Positions 50,760 through 62,800 of a stretch of 64,000 bases of DNA are shown here, in pieces. The notes under the pieces are model-generated. The model had not been told where the DNA came from, did not search any database, and saw only the letters and a program-made list of their open reading frames with translations. The stretch is taken from assembly GCF_964204645.1 (NCBI RefSeq), contig NC_134036.1, positions 6,863,304 to 6,927,303 of the forward strand, given 5' to 3'. The position numbers were made by a program, and so were the translations under genes. The stretch comes from Tubulanus polymorphus (lineage: Eukaryota > Animalia > Nemertea). Each line of letters begins with the position of its first letter. Position 1 is the stretch's first letter.

Positions 50760-53700
50760 TGTTCGAAAAACGACTAAGTGCTGACCGGGCCTTGATCAGC
50801 GTTACGACCCGGTGCAGTGAGGGAGGGAGGGAGGGAGGCAGTAGGTCGGTCGTCCATCCGTTCGTCAGTGTGCCGGCGGTGGTAGTTCGAAAAACGACTA
50901 AGTGCTGACCGGGCCTTGATCAGCGTTACGACCCGGTGCAGTGAGGGAGGGAGGGAGGGAGGGAGGCAGTAGGTCGGTCGTCCATCCGTTCGTCAGTGTG
51001 CCAGCGGTGGTAGTTCGAAAAACGACTAAGTGCTGACCGGGCCTTGATCAGCGTTACGACCCGGTGCAGTGAGGGAGGGAGGGAGGGAGGCAGTAGGTCG
51101 GTCGTCCACCCGTTCGTCAGTGTGCCGGCGGTGGTAGTTCGAAAAAAGACTAAGTGCTGACCGGGCCTAGATCAGCGTTACGACCCGGTGCAGTGAGGGA
51201 GGGAGGGAGGGAGGGAGGCAGTAGGTCGGTCGTCCGTCCGGTCGTCAGTGTGCCGGCGGTGGTTGTTCGAAAAACGACTAAGTGCTGACCGAGCCATGAT
51301 CAGCGTTACGACCCGGTGCAGTGAGGGAGGGAGGGAGGCACTAGGACAGTCGTCCGCCCGTTAGTCAGTGTGTCGGCGGTTGTTGTTCGAAAAACGACTA
51401 AGTGCTGACCGGGCCATGAACAGCGTTACGACCCGGCACCGGTCAGGAAGGGAGGGAGGGTGGCAGTAGGTCGGTCGTCCGTTCGTTCGTCAGTGTGCCG
51501 GCGGTGGTTGTTCGAAAAACGACTAAGTGCTGACCGGGCCTTGATCAGCGTTACGACCCGGTGCTGTGAGGGAGGGAGGGAGGGTGGGAGGCAGTAGATC
51601 GGTCGTCCATCCGTTCGTCAGTGTGCCGGCGGTGGTTGTTCGAAAAACGACTAAGTGCTGACCGGGCCTTGATCAGCGTTACGACCCGGCGCAGTGAGGG
51701 AGGGAGGGAGGGAGGCAGTAGGTCGGTCGTCCATCCGTTCGTCAGTGTGTCGGCGGTGGTTGTTCGAAAAACGACTAAGTGCTGACCGGGCCTTGATCAG
51801 CGTTACGACCCGGAGCATTGAGGGAGGGAGGGAGGCAGTAGGTCGGTCGTCCGTCCGTTTGTCAGTGTGCCGGCAGTGATGGTTGTTCGAAAAACGACTA
51901 AGGGCTGACCGGGCCTTAATCAGCGTTACGACCCGGCGCTGGTCAAGGAGGGAGGGAGGGAGGGAGGCAGTAGGTCCGTCGTCCGCCCGTTAGTCAGTGT
52001 GTCGGCGGTTGTTGTTCGAAAAACGACTAAGTGCTGACCGGGCCATGAACAGCGTTACGACCCGGCACCGGTCAGGAAGGGAGGGAGGGTGGCAGTAGGT
52101 CGGTCGTCCGTTCGTTCGTCAGTGTGCCGGCGGTGGTAGTTCGAAAAACGACTAAGTGCTGACCGGGCCTTGATCAGCGTTACGACCCGGTGCAGTGAGG
52201 GAGGGAGGGAGGGAGGCAGTAGGTCGGTCGTCCATCCGTTCGTCAGTGTGCCGGCGGTGGTAGTTCGAAAAACGACTAAGTGCTGACCGGGCCTTGATCA
52301 GCGTTACGACCCGGCACCGGTCAGGGAGGGAGGGAGGGAGGCAGTAGGTCGGTCGTCCGTCCGTTCGTCATTGTGCCGGCGGTGGTAGTTCGAAAAACGA
52401 CTAAGTGCTGACCGGGCCTTGATCAGCGTTACGACCCGGAGCATTGAGGGAGGGAGGGAGGCAGTAGGTCGGTCGTCCGTCCGTTCGTCAGTGTGCCGGC
52501 GGTGGTAGTTCGAAAAACGACTAAGTGCTGACCGGGCCTAGGTCAGCGTTACGACCCGGTGCAGTGAGGGAGGGAGGGAGGCAGTAGGTCGGTCGTCCGT
52601 CCGGTCGTCAGTGTGCCGGCGGTGGTTGTTCGAAAAACGACTAAGTGCTGACCGGGCCATGATCAGCGTTACGACCCGGTGCAGTGAGGGAGGGAGGGAG
52701 GCACTAGGACAGTCGTCCGCCCGTTAGTCAGTGTGTCGGCGGTTGTTGTTCGAAAAACGACTAAGTGCTGACCGGGCCTTGATCAGCGTTACGACCCGGA
52801 GCAGTGAGGGAGGGAGGGAGGCAGTAGGTCGGTCGTCCGTCCGTTCGCCAGTGTGCCGGCGGTGGTTGTTCGAAAAACGACTAAGTGCTGACCGGGCCTT
52901 GATCAGCGTTACGACCCGGAGCATTGAGGGAGGGAGGGAGGCAGTAGGTCGGTCGTCCGTCCGTTTGTCAGTGTGCCGGCAGTGATGGTTGTTCGAAAAA
53001 CGACTAAGTGCTGACCGGGCCTTGATCAGCGTTACGACCCGGAGCATTGAGGGAGGGAGGGAGGCAGTAGGTCGGTCGTCCGTCCGTTTGTCAGTGTGCC
53101 GGCAGTGATGGTTGTTCGAAAAACGACTAAGGGCTGACCGGGCCTTAATCAGCGTTACGACCCGGCACCGGTCAGGGAGGGAGGGAGGGAGGCAGTAGGT
53201 CGGTCGTCCGTCCGTTCGTCAGTGTGCCGGCGGTGGTTGTTCGAAAAACGACTAAGTGCTGACCGGGCCTTGATCAGCGTTACGACCCGGAGCAGTGAGG
53301 GAGGGAGGGAGGCAGTAGGTCGGTCGTCCGTCCGTTCGCCAGTGTGCCGGCGGTGGTTGTTCGAAAAACGACTAAGTGCTGACCGGGCCTTGATCAGCGT
53401 TACGACCCGGAGCAGTGAGGGAGGGAGGGAGGCAGTAGGTCGGTCGTCCGTCCGTTCGCCAGTGTGCCGGCGGTGGTTGTTCGAAAAACGACTAAGTGCT
53501 GACCGGGCCTTGATCAGCGTTACGACCCGGAGCATTGAGGGAGGGAGGGAGGCAGTAGGTCGGTCGTCCGTCCGTTCGTCAGTGTGCCGGCGGTGGTTGT
53601 TCGAAAAACGACTAAGTGCTGACCGGGCCATGAACAGCGTTACGACCCGGCACCGGTCAGGAAGGGAGGGAGGGAGGCAGTAGGTCGGTCGTCCATCCGT

Positions 53701-56700
53701 TCGTCAGTGTGCCGGCGGTGGTAGTTCGAAAAACGACTAAGTGCTGACCGGGCCTAGATCAGCGTTACGACCCGGTGCAGTGAGGGAGGGAGAGAGGCAG
53801 TAGGTCGGTCGTCCGTCCGGTCGTCAGTGTGCCGGCGGTGGTTGTTCGAAAAACGACTAAGTGCTGACCGGGCCTTGATCAGCGTTACGACCCGGTGCAG
53901 TGAGGGAGGGAGGGAGGGAGGCAGTAGGTCGGTCGTCCATCCGTTCGTCAGTGTGCCGGCGGTGGTAGTTCGAAAAACGACTAAGTGCTGACCGGGCCTT
54001 GATCAGCGTTACGACCCGGTGCAGTGAGGGAGGGAGGGAGGGAGGCAGTAGGTCGGTCGTCCATCCGTTCGTCAGTGTGCCAGCGGTGGTAGTTCGAAAA
54101 ACGACTAAGTGCTGACCGGGCCTTGATCAGCGTTACGACCCGGTGCAGTGAGGGAGGGAGGGAGGGAGGCAGTAGGTCGGTCGTCCACCCGTTCGTCAGT
54201 GTGCCGGCGGTGGTAGTTCGAAAAAAGACTAAGTGCTGACCGGGCCTAGATCAGCGTTACGACCCGGTGCAGTGAGGGAGGGAGGGAGGGAGGCAGTAGG
54301 TCGGTCGTCCGTCCGGTCGTCAGTGTGCCGGCGGTGGTTGTTCGAAAAACGACTAAGTGCTGACCGAGCCATGATCAGCGTTACGACCCGGTGCAGTGAG
54401 GGAGGGAGGGAGGCACTAGGACAGTCGTCCGCCCGTTAGTCAGTGTGTCGGCGGTTGTTGTTCGAAAAACGACTAAGTGCTGACCGGGCCATGAACAGCG
54501 TTACGACCCGGCACCGGTCAGGAAGGGAGGGAGGGTGGCAGTAGGTCGGTCGTCCGTTCGTTCGTCAGTGTGCCGGCGGTGGTTGTTCGAAAAACGACTA
54601 AGTGCTGACCGGGCCTTGATCAGCGTTACGACCCGGTGCTGTGAGGGAGGGAGGGAGGGAGGGAGGGAGGCAGTAGATCGGTCGTCCATCCGTTCGTCAG
54701 TGTGCCGGCGGTGGTTGTTCGAAAAACGACTAAGTGCTGACCGGGCCTTGATCAGCGTTACGACCCGGCGCAGTGAGGGAGGGAGGGAGGGAGGCAGTAG
54801 GTCGGTCGTCCATCCGTTCGTCAGTGCGTCGGCGGTGGTTGTTCGAAAAACGACTAAGTGCTGACCGGGCCTTGATCAGCGTTACGACCCGGAGCATTGA
54901 GGGAGGGAGGGAGGCAGTAGGTCGGTCGTCCGTCCGTTTGTCAGTGTGCCGGCAGTGATGGTTGTTCGAAAAACGACTAAGGGCTAACCGGGCCTTAATC
55001 AGCGTTACGACCCGGCGCTGGTCAAGGAGGGAGGGAGGGAGGGAGGCAGTAGGTCCGTCGTCCGCCCGTTAGTCAGTGTGTCGGCGGTTGTTGTTCGAAA
55101 AACGACTAAGTGCTGACCGGGCCATGAACAGCGTTACGACCCGGCACCGGTCAGGAAGGGAGGGAGGGTGGCAGTAGGTCGGTCGTCCGTTCGTTCGTCA
55201 GTGTGCCGGCGGTGGTAGTTCGAAAAACGACTAAGTGCTGACCGGGCCTTGATCAGCGTTACGACCCGGTGCAGTGAGGGAGGGAGGGAGGGAGGCAGTA
55301 GGTCGGTCGTCCATCCGTTCGTCAGTGTGCCGGCGGTGGTAGTTCGAAAAACGACTAAGTGCTGACCGGGCCTTGATCAGCGTTACGACCCGGCACCGGT
55401 CAGGGAGGGAGGGAGGGAGGCAGTAGGTCGGTCGTCCGTCCGTTCGTCATTGTGCCGGCGGTGGTAGTTCGAAAAACGACTAAGTGCTGACCGGGCCTTG
55501 ATCAGCGTTACGACCCGGAGCATTGAGGGAGGGAGGGAGGCAGTAGGTCGGTCGTCCGTCCGTTCGTCAGTGTGCCGGCGGTGGTAGTTCGAAAAACGAC
55601 TAAGTGCTGACCGGGCCTAGGTCAGCGTTACGACCCGGTGCAGTGAGGGAGGGAGGGAGGCAGTAGGTCGGTCGTCCGTCCGGTCGTCAGTGTGCCGGCG
55701 GTGGTTGTTCGAAAAACGACTAAGTGCTGACCGGGCCATGATCAGCGTTACGACCCGGTGCAGTGAGGGAGGGAGGGAGGCACTAGGACAGTCGTCCGCC
55801 CGTTAGTCAGTGTGTCGGCGGTTGTTGTTCGAAAAACGACTAAGTGCTGACCGGGCCTTGATCAGCGTTACGACCCGGAGCAGTGAGGGAGGGAGGGAGG
55901 CAGTAGGTCGGTCGTCCGTCCGTTCGCCAGTGTGCCGGCGGTGGTTGTTCGAAAAACGACTAAGTGCTGACCGGGCCTTGATCAGCGTTACGACCCGGAG
56001 CATTGAGGGAGGGAGGGAGGCAGTAGGTCGGTCGTCCGTCCGTTTGTCAGTGTGCCGGCAGTGATGGTTGTTCGAAAAACGACTAAGTGCTGACCGGGCC
56101 TTGATCAGCGTTACGACCCGGAGCATTGAGGGAGGGAGGGAGGCAGTAGGTCGGTCGTCCGTCCGTTTGTCAGTGTGCCGGCAGTGATGGTTGTTCGAAA
56201 AACGACTAAGGGCTGACCGGGCCTTAATCAGCGTTACGACCCGGCACCGGTCAGGGAGGGAGGGAGGGAGGCAGTAGGTCGGTCGTCCGTCCGTTCGTCA
56301 GTGTGCCGGCGGTGGTTGTTCGAAAAACGACTAAGTGCTGACCGGGCCTTGATCAGCGTTACGACCCGGAGCAGTGAGGGAGGGAGGGAGGCAGTAGGTC
56401 GGTCGTCCGTCCGTTCGCCAGTGTGCCGGCGGTGGTTGTTCGAAAAACGACTAAGTGCTGACCGGGCCTTGATCAGCGTTACGACCCGGAGCAGTGAGGG
56501 AGGGAGGGAGGCAGTAGGTCGGTCGTCCGTCCGTTCGCCAGTGTGCCGGCGGTGGTTGTTCGAAAAACGACTAAGTGCTGACCGGGCCTTGATCAGCGTT
56601 ACGACCCGGAGCATTGAGGGAGGGAGGGAGGCAGTAGGTCGGTCGTCCGTCCGTTCGTCAGTGTGCCGGCGGTGGTTGTTCGAAAAACGACTAAGTGCTG

Positions 56701-56710
56701 ACCGGGCCTT
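50760..56710 (+). repeat. 3079-bp tandem duplication
   Basis: CCAGCGGTGG at 51001/54080; GAAAAAAGAC at 51141/54220; ORF pairs 51694/54773, 52724/55803, 53222/56301. Confidence 0.88.
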
Positions 56711-57669
56711 AATCAGCGTTACGACCCGGCACCGGTCAGGGAGGGAGGGAGGGAGGCAGTAGGTCGGTCGTCCGTCCGTTCGTCAGTGTGCCGGCGGTGG
56801 TTGTTCGAAAAACGACTAAGTGCTGACCGGGCCTTGATCAGCGTTACGACCCGGAGCAGTGAGGGAGGGAGGGAGGCAGTAGGTCGGTCGTCCGTCCGTT
56901 CGCCAGTGTGCCGGCGGTGGTTGTTCGAAAAACGACTAAGTGCTGACCGGGCCTTGATCAGCGTTACGACCCGGAGCATTGAGGGAGGGAGGGAGGCAGT
57001 AGGTCGGTCGTCCGTCCGTTTGTCAGTGTGCCGGAAGTGATGGTTGTTCGAAAAACGACTAAGGGCTGACCGGGCCTTAATCAGCGTTACGACCCGGCGC
57101 TGGTCAGGGAGGGAGGGAGGGAGGCAGTAGGTCGGTCGTCCATCCGTTCGTTAGTGTGCCGGCGGTGGTAGTTCGTAAAACGACTAAGTGCTGACCGGGC
57201 ATTGATCAGCGTTACGACCCGGTGCAGTGAGGGAGGGAGGGAGGCAGTAGGTCGGTCGTCCGTCCGTTCGCCAGTGTGCCGGCGGTGGTTGTTCGAAAAA
57301 CGACTAAGTGCTGACCGGGCCTTGATCAGCGTTACGACCCGGCACCGGTCAGGGAGGGAGGGAGGGAGGCAGTAGGACGGTCGTCCGTCCGTTCGTCATT
57401 GTGCCGGCGGTTGCTGTTCGAAAAACGACTAAGTGCTGACCGGGCCATGAACAGCGTTACGACCCGGCACCGGTCAGGGAGGGAGGGAGGGTGGCAGTAG
57501 GTCGGTCGTCCATCCGTTCGTCAGTGTGCCGGCGGTGGTTGTTCGAAAAACGACTAAGTGCTGACCGGGCCTTGATCAGCGTTACCACCCGGTGCAGTGA
57601 GGGAGGGAGGGAGGGAGGCAGTAGGTCGGTCGTCCATCCGTTCGTCAGTGTGCCGGCGGTGGTTGTTCG

Positions 57670-59830
57670 AAAAACGACTAAGTGCTGACCGGGCCTAGAT
57701 CAGCGTTACGACCCGGTGCAGTGAGGGAGGGAGAGAGGCAGTAGGTCGGTCGTCCGTCCGTTCGCCAGTGTGCCGCTGGTGGTTGTTCGAAAAACGACTA
57801 AGTGCTGACCGGGCCTTGATCAGCGTTACGACCCGGAGCAGTGAGGGAGGGAGGGAGGCAGTAGGTCGGTCGTCCGTCCGTTCGCCAGTGTGCCGCTGGT
57901 GGTTGTTCGAAAAACGACTAAGTGCTGACCGGGCCTTGATCAGCGTTACGACCCGGTGCAGTGAGGGAGGGAGGGAGGCAGTAGGTCGGTCGTCCGTCCG
58001 TTCGTCAGTTTGCCGGCAGAGTTGGTTGTTCGAAAAACGACTAAGTGCTGACCGGGCCTTGATCAGCGTTACGACCCGGTGCAGTGAGGGAGGGAGGAAG
58101 GGAGGCAGTAGGTCGGTCGTCCGTCCGGTCGTCAGTGTGCCGGCGGTGGTTGTTCGAAAAACGACTAAGTGCTGACCGGGCCTTGATCAGCGTTACGACC
58201 CGGTGCAGTGAGGGAGGGAGGGAGGCACTAGGACAGTCGTCCGCCCGTTAGTCAGTGTGTGGGCGGTTGTTGTTCGAAAAACGACTAAGTGCTGACCGGG
58301 CCATGAACAGCGTTACGACCCGGCACCGGTCAGGAAGGGAGGGAGGGTGGCAGTAGGTCGGTCGTCCGTTCGTTGGTCAGTGTGCCGGCGGTGGTAGTTC
58401 GAAAAACGACTAAGTGCTGACCGGGCCTTGATCAGCGTTACGACCCGGAGCGGTGTGGGAGGGAGGGGGACAGTAGGTCGGTCGTCCGTCCGTTCGTCAG
58501 TGTGCCGGCAGAGTTGGTTGTTCGAAAAACGACTAAGTGCTGACCGGGCCTTGATCAGCGTTACGACCCTGTGCTGTGAGGGAGGGAGGGAGGGAGGGAG
58601 GGAGGCAGTAGGTCGGTCGTCCATCCGTTCGTCAGTGTGCCGGCGGTGGTTGTTCGAAAAACGACTAAGTGCTGACCGGGCCTTGATCAGCGTTACGACC
58701 CGGTGCAGTGAGGGAGGGAGGGAGGCACTAGGACAGTCGTCCGCCCGTTAGTCAGTGTGTCGGCGGTTGTTGTTCGAAAAACGACTAAGTGCTGACCGGG
58801 CCATGAACAGCGTTACGACCCGGCACCGGTCAGGAAGGGAGGGAGGGTGGCAGTAGGTCGGTCGTCCGTCCGTTCGTCAGTGTGCTGGAGGTGGTTTTTC
58901 GAAAAACGACTAAGTACTGACCGGGCCTTAATCAGCGTTACGACCCGGCACCGGTCAGGGAGGGAGGGAGGAAGGCAGTAGGTCGGTCGTCCGTCCGTTC
59001 GTCAGTGTGCCGGCGGTGGTTGTTCGAAAAACGACTAAGTGCTGACCGGGCCTTGATCAGCGTTACGACCCGGAGCAGTGAGGGAGGGAGGGAGGCAGTA
59101 GGTCGGTCGTCCGTCCGTTCGCCAGTGTGCCGGCGGTGGTTGTTCGAAAAACGACTAAGTGCTGACCGGGCCTTGATCAGCGTTACGACCCGGAGCATTG
59201 AGGGAGGGAGGGAGGCAGTAGGTCGGTCGTCCGTCCGTTTGTCAGTGTGCCGGCAGTGATGGTTGTTCGAAAAACGACTAAGGGCTGACCGGGCCTTAAT
59301 CAGCGTTACGACCCGGCGCTGGTCAAGGAGGGAGGGAGCGAGGGAGGCAGTAGGTCCGTCGTCCGCCCGTTAGTCAGTGTGTCGGCGGTTGTTGTTCTAA
59401 AAACGACTAAGTGCTGACCGGGCCATGAACAGCGTTACGACCCGGCACCGGTCAGGAAGGGAGGGAGGGTGGCAGTAGGTCGGTCGTCCGTCCGTTCGTC
59501 AGTGTGCCGGCGGTGGTTGTTCGAAAAACGACTAAGTGCTGACCGGGCCTAGATCAGCGTTACGACCCGGTGCAGTGAGGGAGGGAGGGAGGCAGTAGGT
59601 CGGTCGTCCGTCCGGTCGTCAGTGTGCCGGCGGTGGTTGTTCGAAAAACGACTAAGTGCTGACCGGGCCATGATCAGCGTTACGACCCGGTGCAGTGAGG
59701 GAGGGAGGGAGGCACTAGGACAGTCGTCCGCCCGTTAGTCAGTGTTTCGGCGGTTGTTGTTCGAAAAACGACTAAGTGCTGACCGGGCCATGAACAGCGT
59801 TACGACCCGGCACCGGTCAGGAAGGGAGGG
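57670..59830 (+). repeat. ~2.1-kb non-adjacent copy of ~40460-42620 (offset ~17.2 kb)
   Basis: GCGGTGTGGGAGGGAGGGGGACAG at 41251/58450; TAAGTACTGA at 41704/58911; GGAGCGAGGG at ~42128/59335. Confidence 0.85.
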
Positions 59831-59885
59831 AGGGAGGCAGTAGGTCGGTCGTCCATCCGTTCGTCAGTGTGCCGGCGGTGGTAGT

Positions 59886-62800
59886 TCGAAAAACGACTAA
59901 GTGCTGACCGGGCCTTGATCAGCGTTACGACCCGGCACTGGTCAGGGAGGGAGGGAGGGAGGAAGGCAGTATATCGGTCATTCGAAAAACGACTAGGTGC
60001 TGACCGGGCCTTGATCAGCATTACGACCCGCCGCAGTGAGGGAGGGAGAGAGGGAGGCAGTAGGTCGGTCGTCAGTCCGTTCGTCAGTGTGCCGGTGGTA
60101 GTTGTTCGAAAAATGACTAAGTGCTGACCGGGCCTTGATCAGCGTTACGACCCGGCACCGGTCAGGGAGGGAGAGAGGGAGGCAGTAGGTCGGTCGTCCG
60201 TCCGTTCGGCAGTGTGCCGGCGGTAGTTGTTCGAAAAATGACTAAGTGCTGACTGGGCCATGATCAGCGTGACGTTTCGGCACCGGTCAGGGGGGGATGG
60301 AGGTAGTAGGTCGGGCGTCCGTCCGTTCGTCAGTGTGCCGGCAGTGATGGTTGTTCGAAAAACGACTAAGTGCTGTCCGGGCCTTGATCAGCGTTACGAT
60401 CCGGCGCCGGTCAGGGAGGGAGGGAGGGGGACAGTAGGTCGGTCGTCCATCCGTTCGTCAGTGTGCCGGCGGTGGTTGTTCGAAAAACGACTAAGGGCTG
60501 ACCGGGCCTTGATCAGCGTTACGACCCGGCACCGATCAGGGAGGGAGGGAGGGTGGCAGTAGGTCGGTCGTCCGTCCATTCGTCAGAGTGCCGGCGGTGG
60601 TTGTTCGAAAAACGACTCAGTGATGACCGGGCCTTGATCAGCGTTACGACCCGGCACTGGTCAGGGAGGGAGGGAGGGAGGAAGGCAGTATATCGGTCAT
60701 TCGAAAAACGACTAAGTGCTGACCGGGCCTTGATCAGCATTACGACCCGCCGCAGTGAGGGAGGGAGAGAGGGAGGCAGTAGGTCGGTCGTCAGTCCGTT
60801 CGTCAGTGTGCCGGTGGTAGTTGTTCGAAAAATGACTAAGTGCTGACCGGGCCTTGATCAGCGTTACGACCCGGCACCGGTCAGGGAGGGAGAGAGGGAG
60901 GCAGTAGGTCGGTCGTCCGTCCGTTCGGCAGTGTGCCGGCGGTAGTTGTTCGAAAAATGACTAAGTGCTGACCGGGCCATGATCAGCGTGACGTTTCGGC
61001 ACCGGTCAGGGGGGTATGGAGGTAGTAGGTCGGGCGTCCGTCCGTTCGTCAGTGTGCCGGCAGTGATGGTTGTTCGAAAAACGACTAAGTGCTGTCCGGG
61101 CCTTGATCAGCGTTACGATCTGGCGCCGGTCAGGGAGGGAGGGAGGGGGACAGTAGGTCGGTCGTCCATCCGTTCGTCAGTGTGCCGGCGGTGGTTGTTC
61201 GAAAAACGACTAAGGGCTGACCGGGCCTTGATCAGCGTTACGACCCGGAGCAGTGAGGGAGGGAGGGAGGCAGTAGGTCGGTCGTCCGTCCGTTCGTCAG
61301 TGTGCCGGCGGTGGTTGTTGGAAAAACGACTAAGGGCTGACCGGGCCTTGATCAGCGTTACGACCCGGAGCAGTGAGGGAGGGAGGGAGGGAGGCAGTAG
61401 GTCGGTCGTCCGTCCGTTCGTCAGTGTGCCGGCGGTGGTTCTTCGAAAAAACGACTAAGTGCTGACCGGGCCTTGATCAGCGTTACGACCCGGCGCTGGT
61501 CATGGAGGGAGGGAGGCAGTAGGTCGGTCGTCCATCCGTTCGTTTGTGTGCCGCCGGTGGTGGTTCGAAAAACGACTAAGTGCTGACTGGGCCTTGATCA
61601 GCGTTATGACTTGGCAACGGCCAGGGAGGGAGGGATGGAGGTAGTAGGTCGGTCGTCCGTCCGTTCGTCAGTGTGCCGGCAGTACTGGTTGTTCGAAAAA
61701 CAATTAAGTGCTGACCGGGCCTTGATCAGCGTTACGACCCGGAGCAGTGAGGGAGGGAGGGAGGCAGTAGGTCGGTCGTCCGTCCGTTCGTCAGTGTGCC
61801 GGCAGTACTGGTTGTTCGAAAAACAATTAAGTGCTGACCGGGCCTTGATCAGCGTTACGACCCGGAGCAGTGAGGGAGGGAGGGAGGGAGGCAGTAGGTC
61901 GGTCGTCCGTCCGTTTGTCAGTGTGCCAGCAGTGATGGTTGTTCGAAAAACAACTAAGGGCTGACCGGGCCTTGATCAGCGTTACGACCCGGAACAGTGA
62001 GGGAGGGAGGGAGTCAGTAGGTAGGTCGTTCGTCCGTTCGTCAGTGTTCCGGCAGTGGTGGTTCGAAAAACGACTAAGTGCTGACCGGGCCTTGATCAGC
62101 GTTACGATCCGGCACCGGTCAGGGAGGGAGGGAGGGTGGCAGTAGGTCGGTCGTCCGTCCGTTCGTCAGTGTGCCGGCGGTTGTGGTTCGAAAAACGACT
62201 AAGTGCTGACCGGGCCTTGATCAGCGTTACGACCCGGTGCAGTGAGGGAGGGAGGGAGGGAGGAAGGCAGTATATCGGTCATTCGAAAAACGACTAAGTG
62301 CTGACCGGGCCTTGATCAGCATTACGACCCGCCGCAGTGAGGGAGGGAGAGAGGGAGGCAGTAGGTCGGTCGTCAGTCCGTTCGTCAGTGTGCCGGTGGT
62401 AGTTGTTCGAAAAATGACTAAGTGCTGACCGGGCCTTGATCAGCGTTACGACCCGGCACCGGTCAGGGAGGGAGAGAGGGAGGCAGTAGGTCGGTCGTCC
62501 GTCCGTTCGGCAGTGTGCCGGCGGTAGTTGTTCGAAAAATGACTAAGTGCTGACCGGGCCATGATCAGCGTGACGTTTCGGCACCGGTCAGGGGGGTATG
62601 GAGGTAGTAGGTCGGGCGTCCGTCCGTTCGTCAGTGTGCCGGCAGTGATGGTTGTTCGAAAAACGACTAAGTGCTGTCCGGGCCTTGATCAGCGTTACGA
62701 TCCGGCGCCGGTCAGGGAGGGAGGGAGGGGGACAGTAGGTCGGTCGTCCATCCGTTCGTCAGTGTGCCGGCGGTGGTTGTTCGAAAAACGACTAAGGGCT

